A model generated the notes under the pieces. That model was not told the origin of the DNA. It saw only the letters and a program-made list of their open reading frames with translations, and did no database searches. A DNA stretch of 64,000 bases from an uncultured Thiothrix sp. (GTDB taxonomy: Bacteria > Pseudomonadota > Gammaproteobacteria > Thiotrichales > Thiotrichaceae). Each line of letters opens with the position of its first letter. The stretch's first letter is position 1. The translations under genes and the position numbers were made by a program. Below, piece by piece: positions 1-8,130 of the stretch. The stretch covers positions 5,713-69,712 of the forward strand of contig NZ_CALMZC010000058.1 in NCBI RefSeq assembly GCF_937873765.1. The letters run 5' to 3'.

Positions 1-632
1 TCTAAGGCTTTAAGGACGGTTTCAAATAAAACTTGTCGATTAAATTGGCTATGATCTTCGCGGGTAATCACCATAGCTTGCATGGTTGGGGCAAGGCCCA
101 CAATCACAAATAAGCGTCCCCCAATCTTTAACCGTTGTTCAAACCCGGTGTGATACTGTGGGATAGAGCCAGTCACGGCAATCACATCATACTGTTTGCC
201 GGGATTTCCCTCCCATCCGTAACCTGCATCATCGATATAAAGATTAAAATTGTTAATATCTACTGAATAAAGGTTTTTTTCCGCTTGTTGGGAGAGATCC
301 GCATACACATCAACACTATCAACGTGTTTGCCCATGTGTGCGAGACATGCTGTAACAAAGCCACTGCCGGTGCCAATTTCAAGGCATTCGTCATTGGGCT
401 GAACATCAAGGTCTTGTAGCATACGTGCCTCAATACGCGGAAACATCATAGATTCACCGTGCCCGAGTGGAATCTCAATGTCGGAAAACGCCAGATTCTG
501 CCATTGCGCGGGAACGAATTTTTCGCGAGGAAGAAACCTGAAGGTATTTAAAACGGTCTGATTTAATACAGCCCAGGGACGAATCTGCTGCTCCACCATA
601 TTAGTGCGTGCCCGATCCAGATTCAGGTTCAT
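1..632 (-). CDS. pcm: Protein-L-isoaspartate O-methyltransferase (3' end runs off the window)
   Basis: Not in the ORF track. Manual translation from ATG 632 gives MNLNLDRARTNMVEQQIRPW...ECLEIGTGSGF, with the PCMT N-terminal motif and SAM-binding motif; the frame is open to base 1. Confidence 0.9.
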   Translation of the reverse strand, partial: MNLNLDRARTNMVEQQIRPWAVLNQTVLNTFRFLPREKFVPAQWQNLAFSDIEIPLGHGESMMFPRIEARMLQDLDVQPNDECLEIGTGSGFVTACLAHMGKHVDSVDVYADLSQQAEKNLYSVDINNFNLYIDDAGYGWEGNPGKQYDVIAVTGSIPQYHTGFEQRLKIGGRLFVIVGLAPTMQAMVITREDHSQFNRQVLFETVLKAL

Positions 633-740
633 TAGAAACTCCCTAATGATGCAAATAATGAGCCGTTTAGAGTACGTGTTCCCTGTTGAGGCTGCAAGTG
701 ATCAATGTACGAAAATAGTAATGCTTTAGCGAGGTGAATC

Positions 741-1055
741 ATGAACTGGGTTAGCTCTGGGGGGGCTGGTCTATGGTTGGGCTTATTCTTGAGCGTTAGC
801 ACCGCAGACCAAGCCTTATTGCTGCCAAAAGTCCCTACTGTAGTAGTGACTCATGCAAATTTTGTAGCCTGCAAGGAACCACGCCCAGAAATCTGCTATG
901 AAGTTTACGCGCCAGTCTGTGCGGTACGCAAAGTCCAAAGGCAATGTACTTTAGCACCTTGCTTAAATACAGAGCAGAAGACCTATGCCAATGATTGCCA
1001 AGCTTGTTCTGACCACAAAGTCCTTGGTTTTGCACAGGGTGGTGAGTGTTCATAG
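741..1055 (+). CDS. Small secreted Cys-rich protein, Kazal-like domain
   Basis: Hydrophobic N-terminus; C-x7-C-YEVYAPVC...TYANDC-x2-C...C pattern with 8 Cys. Confidence 0.6.
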   Translation: MNWVSSGGAGLWLGLFLSVSTADQALLLPKVPTVVVTHANFVACKEPRPEICYEVYAPVCAVRKVQRQCTLAPCLNTEQKTYANDCQACSDHKVLGFAQGGECS

Positions 1056-1099
1056 CTTTAAGAATCTAGGATCACTACTGAAACGCTCAGCAGTCTGTC

Positions 1100-2515
1100 T
1101 TAAGGCTGTGCAGTATTCAGTGCTTGTCGCTCAGCTTCATTAAGTAACTTGCGTAAATTCCGCAAAGTAGTTGCTTGGCTATTTGGTAGCTTCAAGGCTT
1201 GTTCAGCAGTTGCTACTGCATGTTTATACTCACCTAAGCGTAAGCTACGTGAAGCATGATAAAAGCTAGCTTCGGCGGGTTGATTCGCCTGTTGGGCTAA
1301 GCGCTGTGCGGCTTCGAAAAATTCTAAACCAGTGGTTTCAGTGAGACGCAATTTGCTCAGGGTCTGCATCGCCAGTGCAGTTTTATTTTGTCCTAACTGA
1401 CTTTCCGCCAACACTAGATTTAAAGCAGCATTCGTAGACACCTGACCAGCAAAGCTTTGTAAGCGTTGCTCTGCTTCAGTATAGCGATTTAAATCATTCA
1501 AAGCTTGAGCTTGTAGGACAGTAGTAGTGACTGAACTAGTATTAAGCGTAGTGGCTGCAGTAGGATTACCTGAACGCCACCTTTGATAAGCTTGGGCATA
1601 ATTAGCGGCGCTACCTTTGAGATTATTGGCTGTTAAAGGTGCTGCATTTTGCCCCGTAATAATTCTTAGCTTCTCACGGGCAAACACATAATCAAAACTA
1701 TCTTGTGGTTTACGCTTAGGGAGTTGATTGACTAGGCTACGCGTATCGCTCAAACGATCAATTGACATCGGGTGTGTATATAAATATTTGGTGAGATCAC
1801 CATACGTATTGCTTTCACTACGTTCTAACTTTTCTAAGAAATAGGGCATCGCTTCTGTATTAAAGCCTGTATTTGCTAGTGTTCTTAAACCCACTCGATC
1901 TGCCTCCGCTTCCGCCCGTTGGCTAAAGACAATCTGCTGATGCGCTTGCATAGCTAAAGTGCCAGTGACAATGGCTTGGGCAGCATCTGGGCTTTGGCTT
2001 GCGACCGCTGCACCTGCTAGAACGCCTAGACCCGTCATTAAGGGGCTATTTTTGCCTTCCTCCTGCATTCGAGCGAGATGCCGTTGCGACACATGCGCTA
2101 TTTCGTGAGCCATGACGGCGGCTAATTCGCTTTCAGATTGGCTGCTAAGAATAAGACCAGAATTGATCACAATCACACCACCTGTGAGTGTATAGGCATT
2201 CACCACATTATTTTTTTCAATCATAAAATATAATTTGCCGCTATTAGGACTACGATTGGCGAGACGTTGGCCGAGTTGATTAATCCAATCCACTAAAGCT
2301 GGATCTTCAACGAACGGACGCCGACTACGTAACTCCCGTAATAAACTTAGGCCAGCTTGTTGTTCTTGCGCAGTGCCTAAGTCACCAGCACTACCAACAA
2401 TATCGGGCATTTCAATTTCAGGAATTTTTAAATTTAAATCAGCGGCATAGCTCGAAGTGGTCAAGACAACGCTACTGGCTAAGAGAACCGTTAAGAGCAT
2501 AAGTCGGTTTAACAT
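1100..2515 (-). CDS. bepA: M48 family metalloprotease/chaperone with TPR-like C-terminus (BepA/YfgC)
   Basis: Signal peptide, HEIAH zinc motif, EAEADRVG and THP motifs. Confidence 0.85.
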   Translation of the reverse strand: MLNRLMLLTVLLASSVVLTTSSYAADLNLKIPEIEMPDIVGSAGDLGTAQEQQAGLSLLRELRSRRPFVEDPALVDWINQLGQRLANRSPNSGKLYFMIEKNNVVNAYTLTGGVIVINSGLILSSQSESELAAVMAHEIAHVSQRHLARMQEEGKNSPLMTGLGVLAGAAVASQSPDAAQAIVTGTLAMQAHQQIVFSQRAEAEADRVGLRTLANTGFNTEAMPYFLEKLERSESNTYGDLTKYLYTHPMSIDRLSDTRSLVNQLPKRKPQDSFDYVFAREKLRIITGQNAAPLTANNLKGSAANYAQAYQRWRSGNPTAATTLNTSSVTTTVLQAQALNDLNRYTEAEQRLQSFAGQVSTNAALNLVLAESQLGQNKTALAMQTLSKLRLTETTGLEFFEAAQRLAQQANQPAEASFYHASRSLRLGEYKHAVATAEQALKLPNSQATTLRNLRKLLNEAERQALNTAQP

Positions 2516-2675
2516 GATGGTGATTACCTAGATCGCTCGTTTGTATCATTACACTATAGATGACACTGCATATTTAGTTGCAAGCGGCTAGCTTAGCAGT
2601 GGGGCTTGACTTGACAAAAAACACCTATTATTAGAATATTATTATAATTTAATGTTTTGTTTTTCAGAGAGTCTT

Positions 2676-3005
2676 ATGTACGGAATTAGTGAAGTTGATG
2701 CAGCAGAATTGAAAAACATGCTCAATAATGGCGAAAAATTGCGCTTGGTGGATGTGCGTTCTGAAGCGGAATTTCAGCAAGGTATCATTGAAGGTGCAGA
2801 GTTTTTACCTTTGCATGTCTTGCCGCTACGCATGAATGAGTTAGCAGGCGATGAGAAAGTTGTACTTTATTGCCGTAGTGGAGCACGCTCTGCACAAGCT
2901 TGCATGTACCTAAAGCAAAATACCGGCATTGATGCAATTAACCTACGCGGTGGCATTATTGGCTGGTACCAGTCGGGTTATCAGATTGTACGTCCTGCCG
3001 CTTAA
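2676..3005 (+). CDS. Single-domain rhodanese (sulfurtransferase)
   Basis: LVDVR and active-site loop YCRSGARS; start moved to the ATG at 2676. Confidence 0.9.
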   Translation: MYGISEVDAAELKNMLNNGEKLRLVDVRSEAEFQQGIIEGAEFLPLHVLPLRMNELAGDEKVVLYCRSGARSAQACMYLKQNTGIDAINLRGGIIGWYQSGYQIVRPAA

Positions 3006-3094
3006 AGCCTTGGGTTTTAATAGGTAGCTTGGAGAGGAGGGTTTCCGCAGCTAGCATGATCGGAAGCTCAAGGTGGAAATAAGAGGAATGAGTT

Positions 3095-3559
3095 ATGGCA
3101 AAGAAATTAGCAATTATTGCAACGAAAGGTACTTTAGATTGGGGGTATCCTCCTTTCATTTTGGCTTCAACAGCCGCTGCACTCGGCTATGATGTGAAAA
3201 TTTTCTTCACATTTTATGGCCTGCAATTATTGAAAAAGGATATGAAGCTTGCAGTGACTTCTCTCGGTAATCCTGCGATGCCGATGCCATTTCCTGTTCC
3301 AGTCATCCTGCAAACTTTACCCGGTATGCAATCGATGATGACCACCATGATGAAAAAGCAAATGGCCGGCAAGGGTGTGGTTGACCTGAGTGAATTACGC
3401 GAGCTGTGTGTTGAAGCTGATGTTAAATTTATTGCCTGTCAGATGACGGTGGATTTATTTGACATGGAGTATTCTGAATTTATGGATGGGGTTGAATACG
3501 CGGGCGCCGCCTCTTTCTTAGAATTTGCTGGTGATTCAGATATTTGCTTATTTATCTGA
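3095..3559 (+). CDS. DsrE2-type (DsrE/DsrF-like) sulfur-trafficking protein
   Basis: KKLAIIATKGTLDWGYPPFILASTAAALG, FFTFYGL and IACQMTVDLF motifs. Confidence 0.85.
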   Translation: MAKKLAIIATKGTLDWGYPPFILASTAAALGYDVKIFFTFYGLQLLKKDMKLAVTSLGNPAMPMPFPVPVILQTLPGMQSMMTTMMKKQMAGKGVVDLSELRELCVEADVKFIACQMTVDLFDMEYSEFMDGVEYAGAASFLEFAGDSDICLFI

Positions 3560-3594
3560 TCGGCCTGCATTAGTTTTATTGTATTAGAGATAAG

Positions 3595-3626
3595 AAGCCG
3601 GGCTTGATGTCCGGTTTTTCTTTTTT
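3595..3626 (+). terminator. Probable intrinsic terminator after dsrE2
   Basis: AAGCCGGG/TCCGGTTT stem followed by TTCTTTTTT. Confidence 0.6.
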
Positions 3627-3675
3627 AGCAGTCTTGCTGTTAAAGTATCTAGCTAAATCTGATCTGGGGTTATTC

Positions 3676-4284
3676 ATGCAAATTACGATTATTAGCGGTA
3701 GTCATCGTCACCATTCTGAAAGCGAAAAAGTCGCTAAGCATGTGCAAACCGTGTTAACTGCACGAGGCATTCATGCTGAGATTTTTAGTTTAGCGGGAAA
3801 TCCTTTGCCTCTTTGGGATGAATCGATTTGGGACAATAATCCAGCATGGAACCAAATTTTAGCACCTTTGTCAGTCCAGCTAGCAGCAAGTGATGCTTTT
3901 GTCATCATCACGCCTGAATGGCATGGACAAGTGCCCGCAGGATTAAAGAATTTTTTCCTACTCTGGGGGCAAAACGAGCTTGCGCATAAGCCAGCATTAA
4001 TTATTGCTGTGTCATCCTCGACGGGTGGGGCTTATCCTGTAGCTGAGCTGAGAATGAGTAGTTATAAAAATAATCGTATTTGCTACCTTCCAGAGCATAT
4101 TATTATACGTCAGGTTACCAACGTGTTGAATGAAGACGCCAGTACCAATGACCCAACAACTGATACTTATTATCGTAAGCGGATTGATTGGGCTTTAGGC
4201 ATTTTAGAGCGTTATGCACAAGCCTTAGCACCTGTTAGAGCAGCAGACGGTTTATTTAATGAAGAATTTCGCAATGGGATGTAA
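3676..4284 (+). CDS. NADPH-dependent FMN reductase family protein
   Basis: MQITIISGSHR start, TPEWHGQVPAGLKN motif. Confidence 0.85.
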   Translation: MQITIISGSHRHHSESEKVAKHVQTVLTARGIHAEIFSLAGNPLPLWDESIWDNNPAWNQILAPLSVQLAASDAFVIITPEWHGQVPAGLKNFFLLWGQNELAHKPALIIAVSSSTGGAYPVAELRMSSYKNNRICYLPEHIIIRQVTNVLNEDASTNDPTTDTYYRKRIDWALGILERYAQALAPVRAADGLFNEEFRNGM

Positions 4285-4308
4285 ACCATTGATTGCAGAG
4301 GCCTAGTT

Positions 4309-5175
4309 ATGCTAAAAGCAGGTAAAACCCCTCAAATAGTGCTGAATAAGATCGGGAAATTTGATTATTTCCATGATGAGCATCATGCAGTACGGCGCAA
4401 TGAAATTCGCTGGCTGGTTGAGGAATTTACCGAAATTCCCATTGCCCATTTGCCGCCTTCTTTAGAAGGTTTCACCATTGTGCAATTGACTGATCTGCAT
4501 TTACGCCCTTTTACGCAATTAGAGCATATTGAACGTGCCGTGGTGCGTACCAATTTACTCAAGCCAGATTTAGTGGTTTTAACCGGTGATTATGTCTGGC
4601 ATGACGAGCAAGATATTTTAGATTTAGCCCCAGCACTAGCTAAATTAAATGCACGCTTCGGTTTATTCGCGGTCTTAGGTAATCACGATATCAAAGCGAA
4701 TGCTGCTTTAATTACCCAAGCTTTTGAGCGCAATGGTATTAAAGTACTGTGTAATCAAGGTTTGGATATTCAAGTTGGATATGATTGCTTGCATTTAGCG
4801 GGAATTGATGATGGTTGGCTCGGCAAGCCGGATATTAAGGCCACGTTAGCTGGGCATCGGGGTAAGATACCCGTTGTGCTGTTGGCGCACGAGCCGGATA
4901 TGATTGATTGGTACGCAGATGATACAAGAATTTCACTGCAGCTTTCAGGCCATACGCATGGTGGGCAAGTACAGGTAAAGCCGGGGAAACCTTTTATCCG
5001 ACCTTATTTGGGTAAAAAGTATGTTCAGGGTTTGTATCGGGTCAATCAGTCTTGGGTGTATACCAGTCGTGGTCTTGGGACAACTGGCTTACCGATAAGA
5101 CGCAATTGTGCTCCAGAAATTACGCATCTCACTTTGGTGAGTGGGCCGACAACTACCATCCAGACAGCGGCTTGA
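4309..5175 (+). CDS. Calcineurin-like metallophosphoesterase (YkuE-like)
   Basis: DLH, GD, GNHD and GHTHGGQ motifs. Confidence 0.9.
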   Translation: MLKAGKTPQIVLNKIGKFDYFHDEHHAVRRNEIRWLVEEFTEIPIAHLPPSLEGFTIVQLTDLHLRPFTQLEHIERAVVRTNLLKPDLVVLTGDYVWHDEQDILDLAPALAKLNARFGLFAVLGNHDIKANAALITQAFERNGIKVLCNQGLDIQVGYDCLHLAGIDDGWLGKPDIKATLAGHRGKIPVVLLAHEPDMIDWYADDTRISLQLSGHTHGGQVQVKPGKPFIRPYLGKKYVQGLYRVNQSWVYTSRGLGTTGLPIRRNCAPEITHLTLVSGPTTTIQTAA

Positions 5176-5362
5176 TGCGCTTGTCCGAAGAACCTTTGTG
5201 AGCGACAGGGGTTTCTTTAGACTGAGCATTAACCTTAATGGTCATGGTGCGAGTCAGCCAGAATCTGTCGGTAGATAGCAGTCTTAGATTATTCGTGGGC
5301 TTGCTAATGTGATTAGCTGACCTTTAAAAAACATAAATAAAAATAGATAAAGAGCGACGCGC

Positions 5363-5827
5363 GTGAATACGTCAGATCCAAACCAAGTTAATCCAGGTCG
5401 CGACCTGTCAGGCCTGAAGGTACTCATCATCGACGACAGCAAAACCATCTTGCGAACTGCAGAGGCTTTGCTATCTGAATGCCAATGCTGGGTAACAACC
5501 GCTTCTGATGGTTTTGAAGCCTTACCAATCATTGCTACCTTTAAGCCAGACGTCGTCTTCGTAGATATTATGATGCCGCGTTTAGATGGTTATCAGACTT
5601 GTGCCCTCATTAAAGCCAATCGTAATTATCGAGACATTCCAGTGATTATGCTTTCTAGTAAGGATGGTCTATTCGATTTAGCACGGGGGCGTTTGGCGGG
5701 TTCTGATAAGTATCTAACCAAGCCATTTACTCGCCAAGATTTGCTATCCACAATTTACAGTCATGTGCTGCCACATCTCCACGCTACTAAAGAGAAAGCT
5801 GGGGATGCAGCCACTACGCGGGAGTAG
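5363..5827 (+). CDS. pilG: Pil-Chp response regulator PilG
   Basis: IIDDSKTI, DIMMPRLDGYQTCALIK and LSSKDGLFD are PilG signatures. Confidence 0.9.
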   Translation: MNTSDPNQVNPGRDLSGLKVLIIDDSKTILRTAEALLSECQCWVTTASDGFEALPIIATFKPDVVFVDIMMPRLDGYQTCALIKANRNYRDIPVIMLSSKDGLFDLARGRLAGSDKYLTKPFTRQDLLSTIYSHVLPHLHATKEKAGDAATTRE

Positions 5828-5833
5828 TCAAGA

Positions 5834-6205
5834 GTGGCCAAGCACGTGCTGATTATTGATGATTCTTTGACAGAGACTCGAGTTTTCAAGTCCCTGCTAG
5901 AACATCATGGTTATAAGGTCAGCATTGCATGTAATGGGCAAGAGGGTATTGAGGTTGCACGTGTTTGCAATCCAGATCTAATTTTAATGGATGTTGTTAT
6001 GCCCTTAGTGAATGGGTTTCAGGCAACCCGTGAATTGAGTCGAAATCCAGATACTAAGCATATACCTATTATTGTATGCAGCTCTAAAGACACTGAAACA
6101 GATCGACTGTGGGCGCTACGGCAGGGTGCTAAGTCTTATCTGATTAAGCCGGTTAAATTACCGCTGCTTTTGGAGACAATCAATAAGTACTTGGCTGAAG
6201 GGTGA
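5834..6205 (+). CDS. pilH: Pil-Chp response regulator PilH
   Basis: IDDSLTE, DVVMP..NGFQATRELS, KDTETDRLWALRQGA; follows pilG. Confidence 0.9.
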   Translation: MAKHVLIIDDSLTETRVFKSLLEHHGYKVSIACNGQEGIEVARVCNPDLILMDVVMPLVNGFQATRELSRNPDTKHIPIIVCSSKDTETDRLWALRQGAKSYLIKPVKLPLLLETINKYLAEG

Positions 6206-6208
6206 GAT

Positions 6209-6769
6209 ATGGCCAGTCCTTATGAGTTGCTGATTGGTTTGGCTTTATTAAGAGAGAGAAAGCGCCAGCTTGAGGCAGATCAACAACAAGGGCCGATTCA
6301 AGCGTGGTCAGCGTTAGTAGTAAAAATAGGCTCTTGGCGCTGTGTAATGCGTCAAGATGAAGTCGATGAAGTAATAGCACCCAGTAAGTTAACTAAAGTG
6401 CTAGGTACACCGAATTGGATGCTAGGTATTGGTTACTTTCGTAATCAGTTACTGAATGTTTTAGATGGGCGTATGTTGTTTCTCGGCCGTTCCAACGGTT
6501 CGGTCAATCAGTTATCAGCACGTATCTTAGTTGTACAAGGGCAAGAAGAATGGTTTGGGATTAAGGTGGACGAACTGATTGGAATTCGGCACATTTGGTC
6601 TGATAGTGCTGAAATCAAAGCCCTAACTGACAAATTAAGTATTTGGCGTTCTTTTGCGACTCAATGCATTGTAATGAATGGCGAAGTAATGCCGATCTTA
6701 CAGGCAAGAGCTTTGATGCGTGGTTTAGAGCAGCAGTGTTCACCTGAACTCTCCGCTGTAGCAGTTTAA
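6209..6769 (+). CDS. pilI: CheW-like adaptor PilI
   Basis: TKVLGTPNWMLGIGYFRNQLL CheW-like motif; operon position. Confidence 0.8.
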   Translation: MASPYELLIGLALLRERKRQLEADQQQGPIQAWSALVVKIGSWRCVMRQDEVDEVIAPSKLTKVLGTPNWMLGIGYFRNQLLNVLDGRMLFLGRSNGSVNQLSARILVVQGQEEWFGIKVDELIGIRHIWSDSAEIKALTDKLSIWRSFATQCIVMNGEVMPILQARALMRGLEQQCSPELSAVAV

Positions 6770-6801
6770 TGAGCGAGCTTGAATATAAGAATTAAGAACA
6801 A

Positions 6802-8061
6802 ATGAATCATTCAATGCAACTCTCAAATATCTTTTTTACTGGAAAAATGATTTGGGTTCCGATTGGCCTGCTGTTATTTAGCATCGTCGGCATGATCATT
6901 TTTTTTCTAGTCGCTTCATCTTGGTTTGATTATCAACAGACCATGCACATTGGCATTTTAGGCTGCTTTATTATTCTCTTGAATATTCTCTGGGTCACTT
7001 ATCTGTTTTACCGCTTTTATACCCAACAAACCGCTTGGAGTAAGGTGGAGTCAGAACAGCAAGAGTCGATTATGTGTTTACTCGATGAAATGAGCACTCT
7101 AGCAGAAGGTGATTTAACTATTCGTGCTACTGTGTCAGAAAATATTACGGGTGCAGTGGCTGACTCAGTAAATTATGCAGTTGATGCACTGCGCGAACTG
7201 GTTATTAAAATCGATGATACCTCTGGGCGGTTGACACGTTTTGCACAAATTGCCGATAAGCGCATTTCACAGTTGTCTCAAGCCAGTACTCGGCAGTCTG
7301 AAGAAATTTCCATGGCATCTTCAGCGATTGCGGCGATGACCCATTCGATTCATAAGGTTTCGCGTAATGCCGCAGCCTCTACTGAAGTTGCACGGAAATC
7401 GCTGGAAATTTCTCAAGCTGGTGCGCACACAGTACGCAGTGCTATGAGCGACATGGTAACGGTACGTGAACAAATTCAAGCCACCTCTAAACGAATTAAG
7501 CGTCTGGGCGAAACCTCACAAGAGGTAGGCGATATTGTGCGTCTGATGAATGATATTGCTGAGCAAACCAATATCTTAGCTTTAAATGCTTCTATTCAAA
7601 CCTCATCGATGTCTGGGGGGAGGCGCAGTTTTGAGCGTGTGACCGATGAAGTCCAACAATTGGCACAGCGTTCAGCCGAAGCGAGCCGCAAGATTGATTT
7701 ATTAGTACGTGCAATTCAAACCGACACTCAAGAAGCAATTGCCTCGATGGAGCAAACTACTGCTCGTGTGGTGACCAGCTCGCGGAATGCTGAGTCAGCA
7801 GGAGCGGCTTTGGATGAAGTTGAAGAGGTTTCTACTAGTTTAGCACGCTTGATCGCGAATATTTCTGATGCTTCCTTTAAGCAAGCGGATATGGCGACAC
7901 GAGTTACCAGTACCATGCAATCAATTCAGGAAGGTACTCTACAAACTGAACAGTTTAGTAAAGAAACCACCGAACTTGTTGCTAACTTGAACGAAACTGC
8001 GAATGAATTACGGCGTTCGATTGCCGACTTTACTTTGAATAAAGCCGGGTCGACCAAGTAG
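6802..8061 (+). CDS. pilJ: Methyl-accepting chemoreceptor, short and divergent PilJ
   Basis: Two TM helices; LLDEMSTLAEGDLT and EQTNILALNA motifs; operon position. Confidence 0.8.
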   Translation: MNHSMQLSNIFFTGKMIWVPIGLLLFSIVGMIIFFLVASSWFDYQQTMHIGILGCFIILLNILWVTYLFYRFYTQQTAWSKVESEQQESIMCLLDEMSTLAEGDLTIRATVSENITGAVADSVNYAVDALRELVIKIDDTSGRLTRFAQIADKRISQLSQASTRQSEEISMASSAIAAMTHSIHKVSRNAAASTEVARKSLEISQAGAHTVRSAMSDMVTVREQIQATSKRIKRLGETSQEVGDIVRLMNDIAEQTNILALNASIQTSSMSGGRRSFERVTDEVQQLAQRSAEASRKIDLLVRAIQTDTQEAIASMEQTTARVVTSSRNAESAGAALDEVEEVSTSLARLIANISDASFKQADMATRVTSTMQSIQEGTLQTEQFSKETTELVANLNETANELRRSIADFTLNKAGSTK

Positions 8062-8130
8062 AAGGCAGAAAATGATGAGCAATAATAATGATTATAAAAA
8101 AATGCACAGACGTATGGGGGCGCAAGTCGC

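Noticed and set aside
741-2515. Kazal-like protein as an inhibitor of neighbouring BepA
   Set aside because: Kazal domains target serine proteases and BepA is a zinc metalloprotease; the genes are only convergent.
2606-2648. Exact sigma70 promoter assignment for rhd
   Set aside because: -35 and -10 hexamers are present, but spacings are 14-15 or 26 bp, so none is canonical.
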